A stretch of DNA of 63,997 nucleotides, filler included, from Sphacelaria rigidula (taxonomy: Eukaryota): NCBI GenBank assembly GCA_964200075.2. It is 8 parts of 8 records of this genome, joined end to end, with 100 filler letters (N's around TTAATTAATTAA, not from the genome) between each part and the next. Parts side by side here need not be neighbours in the genome. Positions count along the whole stretch, not along the records: positions 48,075 to 55,986 come from CAXNAA020013002.1; positions 56,087 to 63,997 come from CAXNAA020013003.1; 6 more parts are not named here. The stretch is one strand, 5' to 3'. Below the pieces are notes generated by a model, which saw only the letters and a program-made list of their open reading frames with translations, did not search any database and was not told the origin of the DNA. Position numbers and translations under genes: made by a program. This document shows, in pieces, positions 54,500 through 63,997 of this stretch. Within the stretch, counting starts at the first letter, position 1, and each line of letters opens with the position of its first letter.

Positions 54500-56210
54500 C
54501 TGCGTATGCCGCAGCACCGACACGAGGCGTGAGTACAGAGGGGGAGTTGGAGAGCTTATCGATCGAACTTTTGTCGAGGGGAAACAGCTGAATATGCACG
54601 CGCTGAGGAGGGCTGAATTACAACCTCGAGAGGCCAAGAGTTGCGACTGATGGCTTCGTAGTACGTAGCAGGTCGATGTTCCTCTCATGAAATGAAATCC
54701 ACTGACTGTACAGCGACAAAACCGCGACGCCCTGGTGGTCAAGTCGGTATATCATCGGACACCTTGGGCGGAGTGGGCGCGAATCCAGACAGTAACCGTT
54801 TAATATTTCACGGGGGTCTGCCGTGCAAGGTGCAAGGACGCGTATGAACAAGAAGCATCCGATGAAAGTCGATGGGATGAGGGAGTAGTCATGATCCAAA
54901 GCTGGGGTTGGAGTATAACAGGGGGGAGCCAACTGTAAAAAGCTTGCTTGAGGAAAACAAGCGTAGCTTTTATGTGCGTTGCTTCTGTACGCGTTTGTCC
55001 CCGAGGCGATACCGCCGCCTTTCGACTTGCAGCGACGAGAAGTCCAATGCAAGCGTGAACTGGCTTCCAATGCATAACGCTTCATGTGCAACATGTGCAG
55101 CGGCGAAGTGTACCGCACAGGGGGCTGGAATAGTGGAGCAAAAAGGCATGACAAAGTGACTTCACGGCGCGACCTATTTGCAGGTGGGCTATGCAAATAA
55201 GAGCGTACGAGTCGCCAACGCCTCCAGAACCTATTCCACGGCAAACCTAATCTCAAATGCTGATGAGCACACGAAGCAACGGGCATACTCCACAGTAGCG
55301 CACAGCAGGACTGTAACATCGATCATATTTCTTTTGTTGTACGGCAGGATGCCGTAAACGCAGGCGGCGATGAGTTCTTTGCTCCATACAACTGGGAATC
55401 GTAAAATCAATCGTTTTTTCTTGGGGCACTTCTTCAAGCCAAGTTCTTGAATAACAAAAACTTGCTGATTGTTGATAGATGCTGCGGCATGGACAACATG
55501 ATATTAGCTGGGTGTTCACGTGTAATCTTGTTATCATGAGTGTGCATTACGTAATGACAACCGTTCACATCCACCGCAGCCCATGCGCAGGAATACAGTG
55601 TGTCTGCGCCGACAATGGCATTTGGATGCTCTGAGTACTATACATGACCGTATACCCGCAAGCAGGGAGACTTGTGAATCATACAATCATTTTACTACAA
55701 GTACCATTTTCTGATGTCTGCTGTGCAGACTGTACACCGTATACAGCGGACAGCAGACAACAGCAGTAGTACAGGAGTACTACCGTACAAGGGCCTATAG
55801 CGCTCTGAACGCAGTTGACAAGTGATGCGATACAGGAACACTCCCACTACTCGTGCTGTCAATTGGATAGCCTGCACAGTACACAGACAGTGTAGAGACA
55901 GCGTGTTGTCTTGTACAACAGCAGTGCAACAACAGTATGATATGGTGGTATTCTCGATGGCAAGCAGCTGATGGATACTGTATACANNNNNNNNNNNNNN
56001 NNNNNNNNNNNNNNNNNNNNNNNNNNNNNNTTAATTAATTAANNNNNNNNNNNNNNNNNNNNNNNNNNNNNNNNNNNNNNNNNNNNACCATCGACCTCGC
56101 ATCCCTGCAAAGCCGGGACGGAGCACCCCGGGTTTTCGCCAGACCCGGACCGGACCGGTGAACAAGCACGGAATCCACCAATGAAAATGGAAAAAGCCGG
56201 TCCTTCTTAC

Positions 56211-59200
56211 AGCGCTGCTTTCCTCCGCGAATTGCCCCAACAGCTGCTCCGAGCTGTAGCCAGCCTTGGCCGACTTGTACCCGTACACGTCCGATGTGTC
56301 GAAGAACGTGATACCCGCCGCCATTAACGCGTTGTACGCTCCCTGGGGGAAAAAATAAATAAATAAATGAAACGCACGCACAAGAGATATCACGACAATA
56401 AAGGGAGAATAGTGTCACGAACATGCACACAATACACCACGGGGGAACATTGGTAGTACGAGCGGATACAAAAACGGACGTATCTCGAGCGTTCATGGGT
56501 CGATTTCAACAAAAGATAGCTCGGATGTAATTAATGAATGTTTGTTGGGATATGGTTTTTATTCTTGGACAGGGGGAAAATAATAACACACATATACATA
56601 TATAATTAGTAATAAATTGGAGATTGTTTGAGGATGGCTTGTTCGATAGTTGGTTGGGATATGATTTTATTTTTCGTTTGTTGGGATATGGTTTTCATTT
56701 TTTGGACAGGGGAAAACAAAAACATGTATATATATATATAATTATTAATTAATTAAAGATTGTTGGAGGATGGATGGTTGGATGGTTGGATTGGATAGGA
56801 TTCTTACTTTTTGGACAGGGGGGAAACAATGAACATAAACAACAAAAATCCATCAAATCAAAGTATAACCGTCTTTCAAGAGTTGAGGTATACTTCGCGC
56901 GTTTTTTTCGCCACATTCAGGTATGCAGCGCTTTCGGCCCCACCACGCGGCTGGAAATCTGGCCGGCTCGTGCTACCCGTACGTACACCATGTACCTGAT
57001 CGTAACGGAAATACGCACAGGTATATACCCGAATCCGTCATTTGACCCAATCGCGAATAACCAAATGGCAACAGACACACGTGAGAAATGTGTGCCCCCC
57101 AATCGACGCCACTGTACGTTAGCCGGTCTCACTCGGGGCCAAGAGGACATTTTGGCTCAAGACTTCAGTAGGCTTTCTTCCGACCAATCGGTTGATATTA
57201 CTACAGGAACAGCAACGCCAAACCTCCGGACGCAATATGTTCCGCGGGGGGGTGTACTCGTGAGCTTGTATGCCATAGTCATATGACGACTAAAGTTCCG
57301 GAGCGGGGGCGGGTAGGTCAGCCCGGATGCTGAACACCATGCACGGAGAACAAACAAGCAGCACAACCCTCTGCGTACACGAGATTGGTTGCCCATCAGC
57401 GGCCGCCTGATGGATGCAGTTCATGGACAGCTGCCACCGCTCGCCATACCTCACACCTAACCCCTACTATAAATTGCAGTTGTTGTGGCTGTTGTTGTTT
57501 TTGACGATGTCTTCACATTAAAAACCGTCCCGATATCTGCGTAGTCCTCTGTACTCGGCATCTGATGCGGACGCCTTCCGTGGTCAGAGGCAAAATTCCC
57601 CAAATAGGGTCGTATAAGGAAAAAAACATAAGATAAAAAAAAGACATAAAGTTGGACCCATAATATTTCACGCAGAACAGTGCTATTCCAAAATAGGTGG
57701 AGGCATAGACACTGCAGGTACCGGCGGCGGCGGCACCGACTTGACATTCGCGACGTCCACCGTGCACCATGATGCATGTGGTCCAGTGAGTACAGTCAAA
57801 TGGAGACCTGAGGGTCAGAGAGAGGCCAGTTTCCGACAGGAACCTGAGATGCGAGTACCTGGGATGCATGCAGTGCACCGCTGAAGACAAAAGGCATGAG
57901 GATTGATTCGCACGGTACGGAACAATTACACTAAAATCAAGTAGTTTCAGACGAATCAGTATTCGCCTGACCCTTGAAACCTTGGGATAAGGGGGGTGCA
58001 GTCATGATTTTGCTTGCCGTAGTCATACGACCGCTGTGGTTCAAAGGGCGTGATTGTCGCAATTTTGTGGTCGCAAACGGTTTGAAGACTTCCAAGGGGT
58101 CGGACAAATACTGATTCGTCGGAAAATGTCTTGCTTATAATGTATATCTTTTTGATTCGTGCCATACGAATCAATCCTTGGGCTTTGCTTTCAGCGTTGC
58201 ACCGCAGTTCCGCGCACCCCAGGCACGTCGAACAGCGCACATTTTGCGCAGCAGAGACTTTTTCTTGACACCGAGGGAAACTTTTTTTCCCTCCTTCGAG
58301 AAATCACGCCTCAGAAATAGGCAGCTTTGTAGTTCGAATCAGCGGTAATTGGCCTGACCCTTAGAGACTTCTTTCACACCCTGGATAAAGTGTAGACCTA
58401 TTGCAACTATTGTCGGTCAACACCTGACCGACAATAGTTGCAATAGGTCTACACTTTATTCAATACATTTTTTGGTATGTTGCATCTATTGACCGTATAT
58501 TGTCACCGACAATAGTTGCAATATGCCTGTACTTTATCCAGTACATTTTGGTTTATTGCATCTATCGACCATACATTGCCCAGGGTGTGGAGACTTTCCT
58601 TCCATCTGATCACAAAATACAAGGGTACATGCCCTCATCCCCTGAGTGTGCATCAAATATTTTCCTATGGTTTGTGGCAAGAATGGGTTGGACCCAACTT
58701 TACCGTAGGGTACATTGTCGACTGGCAGTGTGTTATTGTGCTGACTGTTGTGTTCGTGTTATACTCTATACAGTATACGCAGGTCCCACACGAACTTGTA
58801 GTCAGCCAGTCTTACGCCGTTTTGGTCACAAATACAAGGTACATTTGATAGACGAAAAACAGAGAGTGCATGCCTTGAATTTGTGATCAGATTGAAAGAA
58901 TCTCAGATCGAACCACAACGCTAGCTAGCCCTTCGAAGGTTCTTCCAGACCTTGACCGCCGGCGCCACCGTGACATTTAGAGCATTTCCACTTGTCCTAC
59001 CACGGGTTGAGATCATTGCCGACACAAGGACGACGATAAAAAAAAAATGCTAGCACTTGTCGCTCTCTCTCTCCCCTCTGTGAATTCCGCACAACATACA
59101 TACAGCAAACACTGCAGAGTATGTCTGTTTTGCCGACGCGACAACAAATTTGGATACATACATATCCTCAAAAGGGCTGACAAAACTGCCCCATCAGACG

Positions 59201-62200
59201 TGGCGCCCTGATAGCACGTGGAGTATGACAACCTCGACATTAATGGCCACACATCTTCGCAGTATATTCAGAAAATGGTGAACTGCGTTGTGTGCATTCC
59301 ATTCACCACAACAACACCGCCGTAAAATGGTTGAAAGTCGGGAAGAAATTGGTCGTGGGCTAGCTTTTACAAGGCAGCGGCGACATCCATCACTCCCACC
59401 TCCTTGTGCCCGTGCCGAAAGACACGGGCAGTGTGCTTCAAGATATGGATTCCCAACTTTTGCAAACTGTGTGGCTACTACATAATACCTGTCTCTTCTT
59501 CACCTCTCTACCGTACGTCCATCATCTCCCCCCCCTCCCCAACGCACACACACACGCACCCGTCCCCTGTCAGCTCACCTGGAGATCGGCGGGATTAAAC
59601 TCGCCTTCTTTCGGTCGATACCCGGGATCGCTCACAAACCCCGATGTTTCGTCCCCCCACGCCATTGTGCCGACACCCATGCCGTTAGGAATGTCTAGCT
59701 TGCTTTTGCTTTTCAGCATGCTCCTGAAGAGAGTGTATGGAGGAAGGGCGGAGGGAGTGGTTGGGGTGGCACTTTGACGAGGATCCATCCCATGAGTGTA
59801 GCAAATGGATTTGGAGACACTTTTTCTGAGTCGACTTATTTTCGAAAAACAAACGCTTGCGTTAGTATCAAAAATGATTTTTCTACAACCTTTAGCACCC
59901 GTGTTGCTTGCCGGATGTCAGTTGCACGCTTTAGGGAAAAAGGAGTTCGGAAAGCTGCTGGTTGATTTTACCTGCTAAAGCTAGGTACTTTTTGTGAAAG
60001 CCGTGTAATGTACCCTTCCACGTCCAAGTGGTGGTTAACCCTCTGACAGCGACGCCCCCCGCAGGTGGCCTGCAACGGACTAGGGAACATTTGGGGGCTC
60101 AGAGCAGCTCTTTTTCTCCCTACACAAAATGCATTTTTTCATAACCATGCGGATGTTAGGCATCTATATGGAGAATACTCCCGAACGGTTTTGACCGTGC
60201 CGTCAATAGCGTACAGCGTCAGTATCTGTGCGGTATGTCTCTGCTGGATACAACAGCAAGAAACAGTCAGCGTGCCATCGCTCTTCACTCAACATGATTT
60301 ACAGCATGCTGCTCATGCCTTTGCTTAGTGTTCAACAACAACACTACTGGCAGTGTGAAGCGATGCTGGCAACACATGAGGCGTAAGACAGGAGGCACAG
60401 ACCTCGAGCAGAGTACAACACAAGTTATTTGTACACATGTAATCTATGGTAGAATTACCACGACCAAAATGAGAAACACCGGTAGACAGCGAAGTAGTCC
60501 ACCTCTTGTCCACCTCGAGGGCAACTACGTGCTCATTTTCACGGCCGTGATTGGTCAGAGTGGTCACTCCGCTCCTCCCGGGCCTCGTTCCTGGCTTAGA
60601 ATCTTCCGCGGGAAACTTCCGAACATACATGATTGACTTGGTGAGCTTCTCGGCTGCTCTGCGGACAGACACCCTCCCCCCCTCCAAAACTATCCCCCCT
60701 GGCCACTGGAAACCCCCGAATGTCTACGGACTGTCAGCCTGTGAAACTGTTCCGAGGCGACGCTCGCTGTCTAAGGGTTGAGTATACCTACGTAATGGAT
60801 CATTATTCAGTATCAACGATCTTGTAGGCGGGACAACTCTCTGTAAAATCGCCGTGACTATTGAGTTGTGAAATTTTCACCAACCTCGTATGAATTGCTC
60901 CTGCCCATGTGGCACTGAAAGCAAACACCCTGCAGTACACAACAGTACGGTACACACTTACTGGCGACATGTTCAATAATTTAGTAAGGCTTGATTACTT
61001 GACTTCCGCGCACCCCACCATTGGGTACTCGAGTTCAATATAGATCAATGACCACTGGGATACAGTACAGACGCTCGCACCTGAATAGAACATGGGCCAA
61101 GGGTGAGCAGTAGAACATCCAAACATCGGACTCCCGCAGTGAGTCTTTCATGTCAGGATCTATATGCACGGGGTCGGTTAGGGTCAGCGTCAAAACACGG
61201 GATTCAACAAATTGCGGATGAATGTGTTTTAATGGGCCCTAGGGACCTCATTAGCATCGTTTTTTTCCCGAAAAAAATGCGAAAAATGCACTCTCCGGCC
61301 GTGATGTATGGTCTCGCTCATCATAAAAAAATTCACCCGCAACTTGCTAAGTCCCATGTTAACAGCGAGATTCTGATGAATAACATTTGTTTTGTAACGT
61401 ACGAGCGAGGCCACACATCACCGCCGGGGAGTGCAGTTGTGTATGTTTTTTTCGAAGACGTTTCGATGCGTATGAAGGTTCGCGAGGTTTATCCCCCCTC
61501 AAAATCAATCCACAAGTTGTAAAATCTCGTGTTCCAACACTAGGGTTCAACAAAAAACTATATGTAAAACCATGGATTTTGGCGACCACATGGCGTTAGT
61601 GTTGATTTGGATTTGGATTTGATTGTCGCGCTTCAAGTGACCCTGCATGGATCTAGCCGTGGTGACATAACCGACGTACCCGAGAAATAACAAAACTGAA
61701 ACACTCGCTAAAGAAATCAGAAAACAGAGAAGGTAGAACAGAACAACACAATATCCTCTGCCAACTACTACCTAATCACAATACTTCTCATCCTGTGCCA
61801 GGCGGGGGGAAGGGAAGGGAGGGTGCCCCTTTCTGCCGAGACTGTGGTTTGAACCCTGGTTTGTTTCACTACTCTCGTAGGCAGCGAGCGTCGCCTCGGA
61901 ACAACTTCACAGGCTGACAATCCGGAGACATCCGGGGGTTTCCAGTGGCCGGGGTGTGTGGTTTTTCGGGTGGGGTGTCTGTCCGCGGAGGAGCCGAAAA
62001 GCTCACCAAGTCAACCATGTGTGTTTGGAAGTTTCCCGCGGAAAATTATGAGCCCTGCACGAGGCCCGAGAGGCGTGGGATGCCCACTCTGACAAATCAC
62101 GGTTGCCAAAATGAGCACATTGTTCCGGTTCGGGTGGACTACATTGGACTAATTCGCTGCCTACCCCTACGAGTTATTTTGATAATGGGAAATCAACCAT

Positions 62201-63526
62201 AGATTACATGGGTACAAGTAACTTGTTTCGTATTCTGCTCGTGGTCTACGCCGCCTGCCTGGCCCGTCATGTGCTGCCAGCATAGCTTCACACTGTCTGT
62301 AGTGTTGTTATTGAGCATAAGGCAGAGGCATCAGCAGCATGCAGTAACTTATGTTCAGTGGAGAGCGATGGCACACTTTTACTGTATCTTGCCGTTGTAT
62401 CCAGTGAAGACATACAGCCCACATACATACCGACTCTGCACGTAATTGACTGCAGGGTCAAAACTGTTCAGGGGTTTTCTGGGACTATTTTCTATTTAGA
62501 TGACAACTATCCACATGTTCACGAAAAAGTCGTGTTGTGTAGCGAGAAAAGAGTAGTTCTAAACCCCAAATGTGGCATAGTCCAACTCAGTCCACCTGCA
62601 GGGGGTTCGCTGTCTGAGGGTTCATCACTATCCTGTCAAGGGGGTGATATACCGTCTCGGTACCCTCCATTTCGCCAACGTGGCAATGTTTCAATGTTGT
62701 AGTGTATTCCGATGCAACAAGAAGTATGGCGTACTGGCGTCTTATAGGGGGTTAGTTCAGTACAAAACCATTGCAACATGTAGTGCTTTTGGTCTCGACG
62801 AGGACAAGGTTTTGGTGGAACAGTAGCAGAAAAGCATCGCCGTGCAGCGAGCGTACGACACGCGTTGGAGGCAGAAAGGCTACGTTCGAAAATGCCAAAC
62901 AGAGATTCGAATCCGCAAAAACCTGCTGTTTGTGTCCACCTTTTCGTATAGGGCTGCGTGGGCACCTTCCGGCAACGTGTTCTTGTTGGCCACTCGGTAG
63001 GCGGGTACTATACGGTGGAGATCTTACTCGATCGACATCCGCCGTACTTGACTCTCCTGTACTTGGCTATACTGTCTGTATCACATCTGTGCACTACTGG
63101 AGAGAGTGCCATTCAGAACATGCATGATACCGTATACAGCAGTACATTTTGTATGATGAGGCTTCCCTCTGTCTGCTACCACATCAACTACTATACACTA
63201 GGACTGCACAATGCAACAGAACACGTACGAACCAAAAAGACAACAAAACATGAGCCTGTACCAGCTCACCGAGAAAACGTTAAAGGCTTGTCGTCTTCAC
63301 CCCCCCCAGCGCGTCCAGCCCGCACGACGGCGGCCCCCCTCTGGGACATCATGCGGACAGGCCTCCCGGCAGCAGAGCCGCATGATAATGTTCTCGGTGA
63401 GCATCTGTGTCGATAAAAGCTCGATGTAGGAAAAGAGCAGACGAAGGCGTTTGTCGTTGGTGCCACTAGGCCTACTACCACCGCGGCAGCGGTAGTGGTG
63501 GTAACGGCTAGCGCTGCAGAGGGCAT
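56211..63526 (-). CDS. Aldo/keto reductase, probably plastid-targeted; exons 63526-63270, 59723-59579, 56342-56211; 3' partial
   Basis: Hydrophobic signal ending TNA|F, then an S/R-rich transit peptide; MGVGTMAWGD; GITFFDTSDVYG (catalytic D and Y); SEQLLGQF. Intron phases compatible (CG|G, then 0). Confidence 0.88.
56543..56830 (+). repeat. Degenerate AT-rich tandem repeat (~120-135 bp units)
   Basis: gttgggatatggttt...ttggacagggg.aaa...tatataatta...agattgtt.gaggatgg occurs 2-3 times. Confidence 0.7.
58385..58459. repeat. Perfect 35-bp-stem hairpin with a 5-nt loop
   Basis: ataaagtgtagacctattgcaactattgtcggtca-acacc-tgaccgacaatagttgcaataggtctacactttat. Confidence 0.95.
60039..60777 (+). mobile_element. 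piggyBac-like non-autonomous element
   Basis: TTAA|CCCTCTGACAGCGA...TCGCTGTCTAAGGG|TTGA termini; no ORF. Confidence 0.65.
61872..62620 (-). mobile_element. Second, inverted and diverged copy of the piggyBac-like element
   Basis: Reverse-complement similarity to 60039-60777 along its length; ends ...tcgctgtctgaggg|ttca. Confidence 0.65.
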
Positions 63527-63797
63527 GATCTTAAATGACGGTCAGGCTCTTGGCGGGGACAGGAATGACGATAGAATGTGCGGACATGAGAAAATAACGA
63601 CCAAGATAACTGCCTGCACTCATCGAGGCGCTTTGCTTTGGATTTCGGATTTCGTGCGGGGACCATCTTCGAGCCTCACGCAATCAGAAAATAATGGCAT
63701 CTATTACTCCGTGGTGTTAGACAACCGCCAAATGGTATTCACCCATGAATACTGTCAAAAGAACAAGGACACAATTAATAGCAATAATAACAACAAT

Positions 63798-63997
63798 GTG
63801 ACTTTCTACGATAGCCCCCCCCCCAAACCAGCCCAAAAGTGTCACGAATAAAATGACCATACAGCGCCTGATGCTTGGGTTCAGGCTGCATGAAGCGCCT
63901 CATATTGGCAATACCGGCTAGAACGAACCCAGTCGTGAGAATTCCCAGCTGCTCGTTGTGCTCGGCTTTTCCCAACTCGATTTACGTGAAGATTTTG
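63798..63997 (+). mobile_element. Third copy of the GACACTTTCTACGAT MITE family, cut by the contig end
   Basis: actttctacgata.ccccc...tgggttcaggctgcatg.agcgcctcatattgg...ctcggcttttccca matches 23724-23938. Confidence 0.85.

Noticed and set aside
54500-63526. AKR and RLP24 as neighbouring or fused genes
   Set aside because: They are separated by an artificial linker, so the adjacency is not real.

Overview
This is eukaryotic, intron- and repeat-rich genomic DNA. It is most likely from a brown alga or related stramenopile, inferred from kb-long GT-AG introns, a bipartite 'AF' plastid-targeting presequence and TTAGGG-like repeats. The window is not one locus. It is eight contigs of 7913, 7913, 7912 (x5) and 7911 bp joined by identical 100-nt N44-TTAATTAATTAA-N44 linkers, so adjacency across linkers is meaningless. 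Four partial host genes are present: one exon of a COQ6/UbiH FAD monooxygenase (-), six 3' exons of an ABCC/MRP transporter (+), three exons of RLP24 (-), and the first three exons of a plastid-targeted aldo/keto reductase (-). Mobile DNA dominates the rest: a decayed Ty3/Gypsy element, a three-level nest (MITE in an internally deleted Copia in another Copia), a Tc1/mariner fragment, hAT-, piggyBac- and Sola-like MITEs, tRNA-derived SINEs and several long hairpins. The most notable item is a decayed, apparently intron-containing gene at about 32.7-37.1 kb. By eye its motifs match an Academ-superfamily (DUF6589-like) DNA transposase, and a short-exon gene of unknown function may lie upstream of it. 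All family assignments come from motif recognition, not database searches.
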